Assembly: GCF_001412615.1 (NCBI RefSeq)
Contig: NZ_CP013011.1
Location: 1,140,001-1,172,000 of the forward strand
Reading direction: 5' to 3'
Source of the DNA: Pyrodictium delaneyi
GTDB taxonomy: Archaea; Thermoproteota; Thermoprotei_A; Sulfolobales; Pyrodictiaceae
DNA: 32,000 nucleotides
Below the pieces are notes generated by a model. The model did no database searches, was not told the origin of the DNA, and worked only from the letters and a program-made list of their open reading frames with translations. Below, piece by piece: positions 1 through 10,000 of the stretch; positions within the stretch are counted from its first letter, which is position 1; each line of letters begins with the position of its first letter. A program made the position numbers and the translations under genes.

Positions 1-2
1 GG

Positions 3-170
3 TTGATACTAGAGACAGAGCGGAATGACCCCTTCAAGGCCACTTGGAGGGCGGCTATAAACACAGATTATATTCAGAATGTGAGGGGAATCGAGGAAGA
101 GAAAATAGCTACAGAACTAGGTGCAAGTGACATCAATGTAACTTCTGTGAGGAGGCATAAGGGGGATTAG
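3..170 (+). CDS. 3' end of an upstream CDS running off the left edge (product unknown)
   Basis: Frame 3 is open from the window edge for 55 codons (..DPFKATWRAAINTDYIQNVRGIEEEKIATELGASDINVTSVRRHKGD). It stops at TAG 168-170, 24 nt before the ATG of the next gene. It is too short for the ORF track and I recognise no family. Confidence 0.25.
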   Translation: MILETERNDPFKATWRAAINTDYIQNVRGIEEEKIATELGASDINVTSVRRHKGD

Positions 171-194
171 ACGCAACGTGAGAGGTGGGCATTG

Positions 195-1124
195 ATGCCT
201 CCACGTAGTAAGCTTGGTCGTAAGCTCTGGCTCAGCATACGTGGTATACCGCCTCGCGGCAAATATACCATAGCAAGAAGATTGTTGCAGGTAATAGTGC
301 TTGGCCTCTTTGCTACGCAAATGTTGGTATCAGGGGCAATTATAGAAGGAAGTCTTGCCTCAAGCAGGGTCTTCCGAGCAATACCTATGATGGATTTATT
401 AGCCTGGCTAGAACAAGCAGCAGCAACTCATAGCCCAACAATAGAGTCTGTTATTGCGGTACTAGTGGTATTTGCACTGTATAGTGTACTAGGCCGCTTC
501 TTTTGCGGCTGGGTCTGCCCGATGGATCTCATCTTCAGTTTATTTGAGCGTAAGTTGTCAAGCACGAGGGCGCCACCGCTTACAAGGCCTCACCGTGCTG
601 GTCTCGTCGAAAAAATCGTACCGCTAATAATGGTGATCGTGTATCTTGGGTTGTCGGTAGTGCTGGGTCAGCCATTCTTTACAACCATATCGCCAGTAGC
701 AGGTGCCACGAAGCTAGGCTCGGTGCTGGTTGGTGTATTATACAACATACCCGGCGCCACAATAGGTCTGGCAATGGCGTGGGCCACGGTTACGGGCTTT
801 GCGCTCATAGTGAACATAATTGCAGAGTATGTGTTCGGGATAAAGAGGTTCTGGTGTAGGTTCGTCTGCCCAATAGGTAATATATATGGGTACGTGATGA
901 ATCGCTACAGCCCGCTCCGTGTAAAGGTCATAAACAGGGAGAAGTGTCTTGGCTGCAACCTCTGTAGCATCTCTTGCCCTGTAAGCATAGATCTTCTAGA
1001 ATATATACATGCAGGAAAGGATGTGATAGACTATAGATGCTTCCATTGTGGCCGTTGCGTCGAGGTATGTCCGCATGGTGTGCTAAAGTTTGGCTTCCGC
1101 TTCGGAAAAACACGTAGAACCTAA
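195..1124 (+). CDS. NapH/MauN-type membrane-bound polyferredoxin (4Fe-4S binding)
   Basis: Two membrane-proximal CxxxCP motifs (CGWVCP, CRFVCP) and several hydrophobic helices. Two C-terminal ferredoxin motifs (CLGCNLCSISCP, CFHCGRCVEVCP). The ORF track starts at TTG 192; ATG 195 lies just downstream of a GAGGTGGG Shine-Dalgarno-like box (182-189). Confidence 0.8.
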   Translation: MPPRSKLGRKLWLSIRGIPPRGKYTIARRLLQVIVLGLFATQMLVSGAIIEGSLASSRVFRAIPMMDLLAWLEQAAATHSPTIESVIAVLVVFALYSVLGRFFCGWVCPMDLIFSLFERKLSSTRAPPLTRPHRAGLVEKIVPLIMVIVYLGLSVVLGQPFFTTISPVAGATKLGSVLVGVLYNIPGATIGLAMAWATVTGFALIVNIIAEYVFGIKRFWCRFVCPIGNIYGYVMNRYSPLRVKVINREKCLGCNLCSISCPVSIDLLEYIHAGKDVIDYRCFHCGRCVEVCPHGVLKFGFRFGKTRRT

Positions 1125-1272
1125 ATATTAGAACTTAGAACGTAAATATCAGAAACAATAGTATCTCTTACACCAGATATGTTTTAGACTCTCTACACCG
1201 TAAAAGAACGCTACATACCGTATAAGGGGCCAGTCGTGCATGTGTGTAAGTAGGAGTAGGCAGAGCTAGAAG

Positions 1273-1647
1273 GTGAGTGTTGCTTTGGCATTCGCTGCAG
1301 GCTTCTTCCTCATAGCTCCTCACTATCGAGAGGAACCCAAGAGAAGTGAAGTAAAACGACATCTAGAAGGTCTTGGCTTCGAACTTTACGAGGTGAATAA
1401 GTCGTCATTTATTGTCTTCTACATCGAAGCGCCTAGCCCTAAGGCTCTGGAAGACGTTATCAAAACTGCAGAACAACATGATGGTGTTGCAAAAGCCTAT
1501 ATAGCATTCGGCTTCATGGGAGACAATAGTGTTAAGGAATGGATTAATGATGCGCTAGCTAGGGGTGAGCTAGAGTTGGATCAGTCCACGAAAGACTACA
1601 TACGCGGCATACTGGCAAGGATAGCGCCCAATAGGGCTACAACATAG
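1273..1647 (+). CDS. hypothetical protein, hydrophobic N-terminus plus small alpha/beta domain (possibly RAM/ACT-like)
   Basis: 124-codon ORF with a GTG start embedded in AGGTGA and no internal ATG before residue 82. The pattern FIVFYIEAPSPKALEDVIKTAEQHDGVAKAYIAFG resembles beta-alpha-beta ligand-binding folds. No confident family call. Confidence 0.45.
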   Translation: MSVALAFAAGFFLIAPHYREEPKRSEVKRHLEGLGFELYEVNKSSFIVFYIEAPSPKALEDVIKTAEQHDGVAKAYIAFGFMGDNSVKEWINDALARGELELDQSTKDYIRGILARIAPNRATT

Positions 1648-1849
1648 CTGTGAAAGCGATAGTAGATATGTCGAAGGTAACTAGACTAGAAAGGAATAGA
1701 GATTGGAGTATCCTAAACGCTTCTAAAGGCTGGTCTTAGTTCCATGAAGTCTGTGAGGTCAAGCTAGCACCTTATATTCGCAGATGTCTATGGGAGTATT
1801 CCTTTATTGGTTGTTGGTCTAGTCATGCTCTATAGCCTGGGGCGTTGTT

Positions 1850-3526
1850 ATGGGTGCTCTGCAGCAAATTCTCCAAGAGACTTCTGGGGTTGTTGACGGG
1901 CTTCGCGCTTTTGAACTGATCTCGCTCTTGTCGCGGTTCCACCGCGTCCAAGGTAGCAATGAAGTGACAGTTGCAGGTGAGCATGTTGCTCATATGCTAG
2001 AGGAGCTAGGTGTAGAGGCGAGCCTGGAGAATTTCCGTGGTCCGTTGGGGCTTTACGAGCATTGGGGGTTCTGGGAGCCCCGAGGTTGGCGTCTTTACTC
2101 TGCTGTGCTTGAGAGAAAGCGGAGCGACGGTGCCTGGGAGACTATTGCGTCTACCAGGGAGACCTACTTGGTTGCAGTCGTACATTCGCCGCCCGGTATT
2201 GTGGAAGGCGAGGCTAGACTTGTAGGCAGTCCTGAGAACTATGGGGGTGAACAGATACCAGTTGTATCTAGCTTAGCATGGGAAGCTTACTACAAGCTTG
2301 TCGAGGCTGGCGCTGAGGCAGTGATAGCATTCCACGAGGGGCCCGGCGTTAGGTACTGGGGGCTTTATCCACCGTTCTTCCAGGAGCCTCCAAGTGTGCC
2401 GGCGGTGAGCATAGAGTACGGGAAAGCGCTCAAGCTAAACCGTGAGAGGATAAGAGTAAGGGTAGATGCAGAGTATCATACTTTTCCCGAGACACCGGTG
2501 CTCCTAGCCCGTGTAGGCAACGAGGGCGACCCCGCAGTACTGCTAGTGGCTCATCTTTGTCACCCAAGGCCCGGCGCTCATGATAATGCTAGTGGTGTAG
2601 CAGCCCTCGTAGAGATCATGGTCGCCCTCAAAGCTATGGAAGAGCGGCTGAAGGAGAACGGTATCTCAGTGATAGGTGTTGCAGCCCCAGAATGGACGGG
2701 GCTAGCAGCAGCCTTCACCCAGGGCCTCGTGGATGCTGATAATCTGTTAGCAGCTCTCAGCATAGACATGGTTGGAGCTAAACTAGACGTTGTTGGAGGA
2801 GTACTACAGCTAGTGGGGAGTCCGCCTCCTCTCATATCTCTGCTCGATCCAGTGCTGGATGCAGCCCTCTCATCGAGCGTCGAGGGACCCTATGCCGGTC
2901 TAAGAGAGTACGAGTGGGGTAGCGATCACGACGTAGCAATAGGAATGGGGATACCGGGCTCGCTTGTCAATGAATGGCCCGACCGCTTTTACCACTCTAG
3001 CCTCGATACGCCGGATAACTTGTCGCCATGGAGGCTAGTAGCTATAGCCAGGGCAGTGGCATCAGCTATAGTGGTTCTCGGAGAAAGGCTTGACAAGGTA
3101 CTAGAGGCAGCTAAGGCAAGCACCTCCGCATACGTATACAGGGCATCAGTATCAGATGCGTTGGCAGAAGGCTCCGCCCTAGAGGCTGCGCGTAAGCTGG
3201 CAGAATACTCTAGAGCATACCTCGAATCGATCCGCCGCGTATTAAGAGGCGGTGAAGCCGAGCAGCTGTGGAGCCGAGACATAGATGTTGCTATAAGGCC
3301 TCCAATAACTCGGACTTTCCTCTACCTACGCGGCGGCGAGGCCGGCAAGAAGATACTAGGGCTCGACGAACGGGAGAGGGGCGGAATAAAGGCAATGATG
3401 ACTATTGCGGCGGCGACAGGCAGCATGGAGATAGCAAAGCTATACTATCAGATGAAGACTGGAAAACCGTCTCGCGAGGAACTGGTAGAGTTAGCGAAAA
3501 GAGTACTAACAGCCGAACACAATTAG
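1850..3526 (+). CDS. M28-family aminopeptidase-like protein with a C-terminal helical (winged-helix-like) extension
   Basis: Metal-site-like motifs VAHLCHPRPGAHDNASGVAALVE, SIDMVG and WGSDHDV are typical of peptidase M28. 558 aa, ATG start. Confidence 0.75.
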   Translation: MGALQQILQETSGVVDGLRAFELISLLSRFHRVQGSNEVTVAGEHVAHMLEELGVEASLENFRGPLGLYEHWGFWEPRGWRLYSAVLERKRSDGAWETIASTRETYLVAVVHSPPGIVEGEARLVGSPENYGGEQIPVVSSLAWEAYYKLVEAGAEAVIAFHEGPGVRYWGLYPPFFQEPPSVPAVSIEYGKALKLNRERIRVRVDAEYHTFPETPVLLARVGNEGDPAVLLVAHLCHPRPGAHDNASGVAALVEIMVALKAMEERLKENGISVIGVAAPEWTGLAAAFTQGLVDADNLLAALSIDMVGAKLDVVGGVLQLVGSPPPLISLLDPVLDAALSSSVEGPYAGLREYEWGSDHDVAIGMGIPGSLVNEWPDRFYHSSLDTPDNLSPWRLVAIARAVASAIVVLGERLDKVLEAAKASTSAYVYRASVSDALAEGSALEAARKLAEYSRAYLESIRRVLRGGEAEQLWSRDIDVAIRPPITRTFLYLRGGEAGKKILGLDERERGGIKAMMTIAAATGSMEIAKLYYQMKTGKPSREELVELAKRVLTAEHN

Positions 3527-4275
3527 CAGTTGACTTCGTAGCCCAGCAACCTAGCAGCTTCACATAAGGTTACTATGGTGTATCCTTCCCTACGCAGAAG
3601 GACTATTAGCTTTCTTAGAAGCTCTAACGCAGCGTCTCCAGTGTTAAAACGGCAGTCGAACCGGACCAGCTCATTGCGCATGTCCACGTACTCCCAGGGA
3701 TGAGCAAAGTACACCAATGGCGGTGTCAGCCTCTTATGGATAAACTGCTGTAGCAGCCAAGGTAAGCGTAGCACGGAGGAGGTAACCGAAACTGGTATAC
3801 GTACAATCCTCCCAACTCTGCGCACCACTCGCGGAAATGGTGGTTTATATCTGGCCAGAGAGGAGTCTACAGAGTAGCCTAATTTTTCCAAGACAGGAAG
3901 CAGCTCGTCGGGGAGCTGGAGATTCGGTGCACGAAACGAACGTACCATGCCAAACCTGCTTAGCACAGCTGTTGCCTTCTCGAGGAGATAACTAGCTTCG
4001 AAGAGGCTAAGCTTATCGAGACGCTCATGCATGTAGCCATGGGAACCCAGTTCATGACCTTCGTCGACAACTCGGCGGGCTAGGCGGGGAAAGAGCTGCG
4101 CCATCTCAGCAGTAAAGAAGAATGTTGCCTTGACCCTCTCTTCAGCCAGTAAGTCGAGTATGCGTGGCAGCCCCCTCTCCATCCCCCTAGTAGAGGATAG
4201 ATAAGGCGGACAATCTTGCTCAACATCGAAGCTTAATACAGCAATTTTCAGCGTCAACCCCGGATCCACCGCCAC
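3523..4275 (-). CDS. polysaccharide deacetylase (NodB homology, CE4)
   Basis: Motifs LSFDVEQD and GHELGSHGYMHE. The GTG start overlaps the stop of the upstream GT4 gene by 22 nt; alternative in-frame GTG/TTG starts lie just downstream. Its 3' end overlaps the convergent M28 gene by 4 nt. Confidence 0.8.
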   Translation of the reverse strand: MAVDPGLTLKIAVLSFDVEQDCPPYLSSTRGMERGLPRILDLLAEERVKATFFFTAEMAQLFPRLARRVVDEGHELGSHGYMHERLDKLSLFEASYLLEKATAVLSRFGMVRSFRAPNLQLPDELLPVLEKLGYSVDSSLARYKPPFPRVVRRVGRIVRIPVSVTSSVLRLPWLLQQFIHKRLTPPLVYFAHPWEYVDMRNELVRFDCRFNTGDAALELLRKLIVLLRREGYTIVTLCEAARLLGYEVNC

Positions 4276-5468
4276 AATCGGTATAGGAGATAGCGTTTAT
4301 CGCTCCCAGAAGCAGCATCTATGGTAGCTCGGTATATTTCCAGTATGCTTCGGGCTACTTTTTCCCATGAGAAGTGACTTGCTACGTGTGCTGGGGCATT
4401 ATGCGACAGCCGAGCATGAAGATCACTATTAAGGGCAATTTCGGTAATCCTCGCTGAGGCTTCTTCATCGCTTTCGACAAGAAATCCAGTAATTCCGTCA
4501 GCTACAACATCGCTAACACCGCTCTCCTTAAACCCTATGACGGGAACACCGCAGGCCATAGCTTCAAGAGCAGTTATTGAAAAAGCCTCGAGTCTAGCAG
4601 GCACTATAGCTACATCAGTGGCCCAGTATATCTCGCGCAGCTGCGGTCTCTCAACAAAGCCAAGTACCTTTACGTCGATGTAGTTACTATACTTGCGGGC
4701 TTCATCCTTGACTAATTCTGCTAATGGTCCATCGCCTACGATAACGACATGAAGACGCTTGGCAGCACGTTTAGCAGCTTCAGCTACTATTCGTGGCACT
4801 ACGTGTATCCTCTTGCGTTTAGTGAACCGGCCTACAGCAAGAACTGTAAACCGATCCTCCGGTATCCCCAGCATCCTCCGAGCTCGGGCCCGTTCTTCGG
4901 CTTCTGGTGGCCTCCAGAATGATGGATCTACAGCATTGGGGACAATATAGAGTGGATGGCCATTAATATTAAGCAGTCTGCGCGTATCCTCCGCAACTCT
5001 TCGGCTCACAGCAACAAATGCATCTACGCGTTTGAGAAAATAACGAAGCATATAGGCTATGGGTATTGTCGATAAACGCCAACTGAAAAGCGAATGATTA
5101 GTAGCGACAACAGGTACATCGCGAATACCTCTCGAGAGATTAGCTATAGCTATTGCCAAGGGAGAATAGATGCTGTGGATATGTGTAATATCAAAGCCTA
5201 TCTTCTTGAAGATGCGATTAGCCTCTAGGAGCGAGCCCGGGCCTAGGCTTATATGTGCAGACTTGAGATAAATAGCCCCCTTAAGCCTGTGGACATGGTA
5301 AGGGAAGTCATCGCTGTAAGGCTTGAAAGGTCTATAATCGTGAGTAAAGACGTGAGGCTCATGCCCCATTCTTTGGAGGTTGAGTGCCAGTTCATGAATA
5401 TGAGTCTCTATGCCGCCTATCTTGGGGTAAAACCAGTCTGACGCCAACGCGATCTTAAGAGGGTCCAA
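4254..5468 (-). CDS. GT4-family (GT-B fold) glycosyltransferase
   Basis: N-terminal SDWFYPKIGGIETHIHELA and a C-terminal E-x7-E motif (EAFSITALEAMACGVPVIG). TTG start, and the exact start is uncertain. It overlaps the upstream membrane-protein gene by up to 52 nt. Confidence 0.85.
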   Translation of the reverse strand: MDPLKIALASDWFYPKIGGIETHIHELALNLQRMGHEPHVFTHDYRPFKPYSDDFPYHVHRLKGAIYLKSAHISLGPGSLLEANRIFKKIGFDITHIHSIYSPLAIAIANLSRGIRDVPVVATNHSLFSWRLSTIPIAYMLRYFLKRVDAFVAVSRRVAEDTRRLLNINGHPLYIVPNAVDPSFWRPPEAEERARARRMLGIPEDRFTVLAVGRFTKRKRIHVVPRIVAEAAKRAAKRLHVVIVGDGPLAELVKDEARKYSNYIDVKVLGFVERPQLREIYWATDVAIVPARLEAFSITALEAMACGVPVIGFKESGVSDVVADGITGFLVESDEEASARITEIALNSDLHARLSHNAPAHVASHFSWEKVARSILEIYRATIDAASGSDKRYLLYRLWRWIRG

Positions 5469-6328
5469 GCCTGTGGGCCTCCGCCGGCGATTATGACGAG
5501 GAGTCCAATTAGCGATGCGAAACCGTAGGAGATAAGCCTCTCTATCATAACTGTAGCTAGGGCTACGCTCGGTGATGCACCTAAGGCTATGAAGACGGCT
5601 GTAAGTCCACCCTCTACGATGCCGATGCCGCCAGGTGTAACAGCGAGCAAGCCTACGACTAAGTACATCACTGAGGCCAGCGCAAAACGTAGAGGTGGAG
5701 CTTCCCAGCCGACAGCTAATGCAGCTGTATAGAGTCTTAGAACGTCAAGAATCCAGACAATAGAGCTAAGAACAACAGTAACAATGAAGAGACTACGGTC
5801 TTTAACTAGCCGCTTTATGGATACGCTTGAGTCTAAGTTATCTCCGAAGCCAAGCTTTCTAGCTGCTATGGCTAGAATTTTATCCCAGTACTTAACGCCT
5901 ATGGCAACACCTGCAACTATCAAGAAGAACTCTACAATGATTCCGATAGGTTTATCGCCAGCAACTAGGGCCTCAAATATGGCAATAGCTGCTAAGGATA
6001 TCACGGGTACTGATTCACATATACGTTCGAAAGCTACTGTATTTAGTAACTTGATCATCGGTGTACCTGTCTTAATATAGGCATATGCTATTCTCATCAA
6101 TTCTCCGCCTGCACGTGCACTCGGAGTTATATTATTAACAAGTATAGAGGCAAGATACGCAGCAAAGGAGTCCCTGAATCTGAGCTTTACACCAACTTTG
6201 CGTAGTACGACAATCCAGCGGACAGCATAAATAGATACAGATGTGATATAGAGAACTAATGTAAGCAAGACGTACCTTATGTCAGCGCGTGAGAGAACTT
6301 GAAGTGAGCCCGATAACCATTCAGGCAC
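5417..6328 (-). CDS. UPF0104 / lysyl-PG-synthase-TM-like (flippase-like) polytopic membrane protein
   Basis: About 8 hydrophobic helices. NNITPSARAGGELMRIAY matches the conserved P..GGE..R signature of TIGR00374/UPF0104 proteins. GTG start preceded by GGAG. Confidence 0.7.
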   Translation of the reverse strand: MPEWLSGSLQVLSRADIRYVLLTLVLYITSVSIYAVRWIVVLRKVGVKLRFRDSFAAYLASILVNNITPSARAGGELMRIAYAYIKTGTPMIKLLNTVAFERICESVPVISLAAIAIFEALVAGDKPIGIIVEFFLIVAGVAIGVKYWDKILAIAARKLGFGDNLDSSVSIKRLVKDRSLFIVTVVLSSIVWILDVLRLYTAALAVGWEAPPLRFALASVMYLVVGLLAVTPGGIGIVEGGLTAVFIALGASPSVALATVMIERLISYGFASLIGLLVIIAGGGPQAWTLLRSRWRQTGFTPR

Positions 6329-6445
6329 CTCCAGGGTGTTTCACCGGTACAAACAATATTAGCTCAGTTATGTTAGCAAAGCATGATATATGCCATATGC
6401 ATAGACTTGGCAAATACTACTTATCAATATCGTAATTGCATATTA

Positions 6446-6868
6446 CTAGATCCTAATTATAACCGCTCTGGGCACGTCATCATACAGTATAACTTCTAGC
6501 TTGGCCTCTATGCCAGCTGCTGCAAGCCTTTCTAGAGCCTTCTTCGTGTTCTGTAGCCGGGTTATCTTATTATTAATAGCTTCAGCCAATTCCTCCATTA
6601 CGCGGAGCTCCGTCGACGGTGATGGGTTAATAGCTATTACAACTTTCTCTATTTCTACAACGGTTTCTGGTGTTGAGACATTCTCTGCAGGCTTTCCGGT
6701 TAGTGATGCAATTAATGCGCGCAGCCTCTGATCCTGCTCGCTTTTAGCCCTAAGCTCTTCAATAAGACGTAGCAGCTCGCCGAGCTTTCGTCTTAGCTCA
6801 GACATTTGCGAGTCTATATATTTGAGAAGTTCTTGCGGAGAGCTAAACTCCTTTATGCCAATGACCAT
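6446..6868 (-). CDS. hypothetical coiled-coil protein
   Basis: 140 aa. Heptad-like charged helices sit at the N-terminus (SELRRKLGELLRLIEELRAKSEQDQRLRAL) and in the middle (ELAEAINNKITRLQNTKKALERL). No TM segment or signal peptide. It has its own TATA box immediately upstream. Confidence 0.55.
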   Translation of the reverse strand: MVIGIKEFSSPQELLKYIDSQMSELRRKLGELLRLIEELRAKSEQDQRLRALIASLTGKPAENVSTPETVVEIEKVVIAINPSPSTELRVMEELAEAINNKITRLQNTKKALERLAAAGIEAKLEVILYDDVPRAVIIRI

Positions 6869-6883
6869 CTTCTTTGCACCTCA

Positions 6884-6891
6884 TTTATATA
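6884..6891 (-). promoter_or_regulatory. TATA box for the 140-aa coiled-coil gene
   Basis: The minus strand reads TATATAAATGAGGTGCAAAGAAGATG. TATATAAA lies about 15 nt upstream of the ATG, implying a leaderless or very short-leader mRNA. Confidence 0.4.
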
Positions 6892-7025
6892 GTAGTGGGG
6901 AAACGCGAGTTAGGCCAAACGGTTTTACCCCAGCTAGAGGTAGTGCGTCTATAGCTAAAAGTCTACCAGTCTATAAGTTCATAGCTACAATACAGTATAT
7001 TCCGACATCGAAAATACTAATAGGA

Positions 7026-10000
7026 TCAGAATTCTTCCTCTGTAGAAAGTCGCTCAACTATCTTCTTAAAGTAGAACCTTAGCACAGCCAATACCAGTAC
7101 GCCCACAATTACGGCGGTTATCAGTGTAGAGTATCTTGCTATGATTGTTATCGGCTTGGGAGTAAGTGTTACCACCAGAGATGCATCGGTGGCCAATGTT
7201 ACGGTCATGCATTTTCCATTATAGCCTGCAGCCGATAGACAGAGGTCATAACTACCAAAGGGTAGTGCGAGCTTTACTATGCCCTCTGGTGTGCCAACGC
7301 TATCAGTACTATACTCTAGGTCTAATCCAGTAGCCCATGCCCTAACGCCAGGTATTGGTTCACCGATATCATTCAAAACTGTTATTGTTAATACATGGTT
7401 TATGCGTGACAGTTTAATCTTTACAATAGTGTCGTTTAACGTAGGCTTTATCTTGCCCTTATATTGTGCATAGATCCTATTTTCTGAGATGAGTTCTATC
7501 TCAGAACCGTTTATGAGTAATGGTACTTTTATGGGTTCTGAGTGCCCGCTTAACACCTTTGTAATGTTATGTCCGTCAACTGATACTATTATATTGTCTA
7601 TGACTACTTCGCCGGGCGACATAGGGTCAATTATTACTAGAGGCGTTAATACACGTATACGTTCTAGTTCAATAACAATGTTCATAGAGCCGTTAACGTT
7701 TATTGAAATAATTCTTGGAGCATTGAGTGGCAGGCTTCCATTGATAGGAAGTGGTTCCACATATACACGGTATATGCCACGTGGCAAATTGAGAGTAAGT
7801 GTACCATTGGATTCTAGTTCTAGATGCGGATCAAGCGACCTATTATCGTATATACGACTGATTACCAGTTTAGCGGGAACTTTTGATTTTGTGAAGTTAT
7901 CGATTACAGTCACAGTCACGGGATATTTCATTGGTACAAGATTGATGTTAGCCTTGTTAACGAGTTTGGTTATATTGATATTTATGCTAGTATCTATAAA
8001 GAACGGTGGAAGGCCTTTTGGTGGAATGTCTTTAATGATTATCCTTGCAGGTCCTCTATATGCTGTAGTGAACACTACTTTAGTTGCATTAGTAGGTGTA
8101 GGTGCATTTGTTGTTTCAGTATATATTGGCCTATCGTCATGGCTTACCACATACACCTTCAACCTGTCTAGAGGATAAGCTAGGAGGTCAGCAGTTATAG
8201 TTATCTCAACTGTTACGGGAACACGCTGAAGATCTATGATTATGGTTGTATCGTTAAATATGCCAAACTGTTTTCTAAATAATTTATAGAATGTTTTATC
8301 TGTATCTGAGGCTATTATATCATATATGCCGGGTTTTAACTCTATGAGTAAGGGTGCCTCTTGGCCAGCATTATATGTGTAATTCAGGGTATGGTTTCTT
8401 TTGACATCATATATAGTTATGTCTATGTCATGTAATGGTGGGGAACCAGTATATTTATCGACTACGAAAAGCCTTACCTTCATTAGCCTGTATGGGACCG
8501 TAATACTTACCCCATCAGCCGTACATGCCCTGATGGCGTCATAAGCTAGTGTTATTGGTAGATAAATGTTGTCCTTGGGATAGACAGATATAAGTAATTT
8601 TGAACCGCTAACGCAAGGTATGTATGCTTTCGAATTATTGGTTTCAACTGTTGTTTCATAAATTGAATTATTTCCGTAAAGCAGTGTTGCTAGTACTATG
8701 AAGCCCTTTACGGGCTCACCGTCTTCATTGTATATACGTAATGGTATTTTCTTTAGCATATAGTCATCTAGGCTTTTAAGTTCCCCCGTGATAGCGGCTT
8801 GAAAGTTGTTGAATACAATTATCCCCTTGGATCCGGCAATTAGGAGGTATTCAGCATTGGGGCTCAGGTAAAGGTAGTTTATGTCCATGCCAGAGTCTAT
8901 GTATGGTTCGCCCCTTGGTCCTCGTGTGATAATTCTTACCATGTTATTGTCCGGGTTTACTGCTAGTAACATCAGATTCGACATGGCATCGGTAGCTGCT
9001 ATTATATAGCCTAAACCGTCTATCCTATTAGACAATGTTACATGTATAATTGATCCGGCTAGCTTTTGGCTCCATAGTAGGGTGTAAGTGTTATTGCTCT
9101 TTCCAAGTATGTAGATCGAGCCATCCGATGTGCCAATAACTAATAATTCACCGGAGGGTGCTACTGCTGCAGTAGTTGCAATAGAGCTAGAAACATAGTA
9201 TCCCCAGATAGATTCTACAGGATCTCCCGTAGCTGCATTAAATGCTAGGACTGCAAATACTGGTGCGGTGACGTTGAATAATGGTATGTTCCTACCAGTT
9301 ACCCATATATATAGGATGTTGTTTAGCATGTATGCAGTAAGTATTTTGGCATCGCCTAATCTACTACTTTCCTTAAGCACCGTTAGTGTAGGTGGGTATT
9401 TATTCTTAAGAATTAGTAGCTTAGTTTCAAAAGTTGGGGGAGGGCATACAGCTCTGTTTTGGGGATCAATAACTATAGGTTTAGTTACAATGTTTAGGGT
9501 GCCAGACTTAATGTCGCGAAGTGTGATATGCGTTGAATAACACGTGTTGTTCGTTTTTATGAACAATGTTATATAGAATGTGTCTGGTGGTATTCTTAGT
9601 GTGAATTCGCCGTTAGAGTCCGTAGTAGTCGTCGGAGTAAATGCACCGATAGAATCTATATAGCCATAGACGGTGGCATTGGCTACCGGTGTACCGTTGC
9701 TCCATATTAGAGCAGCTTTTACAAGGGTGTTATAGGCTAGTTTTGCAACTCTAAGAGCTATTAGGCCTTTGCCAAGATATTCTATTCTGTTGTCCTCCAG
9801 CTTGAGTATAGGTTTTAAGTCCGTAATTTCTACATGTTCGAGCTTCTCAGGTAGCAGATTGCCTATGAGCACTCTTGCTTCAAACCAGCCAAGTTCGCTG
9901 GGTCTTATTACGTAGAGAGCATTAGCGCTAGTACGTATTGCTACGCCAACCCGGTCTAGGAAGACTGCATTCTTAACAGAACCTATGACTCCGAACTCTA

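Noticed and set aside
2578-3282. Antisense ORFs (2578-2835, 2989-3282) and the overlapping 3268-3567 plus-strand ORF around the M28 gene; similar Ser/Arg/Ala-rich ORFs lie opposite metG, gcvP, NFACT and the pfkB kinase
   Set aside because: All are shorter than, and nested in or antisense to, genes with strong family motifs. Their compositions are typical of off-frame translation of GC-rich coding DNA.
7489-8178. 229-aa plus-strand ORF, together with 7279-7473, 9268-9540 and 10135-10371, inside the giant glycoprotein gene
   Set aside because: They are antisense to a much longer ORF with clear signal peptide, domain and anchor logic. The low-GC sequence is expected to give long stop-free antisense frames, and the translated sequences are low-complexity hydrophobic with no motifs.
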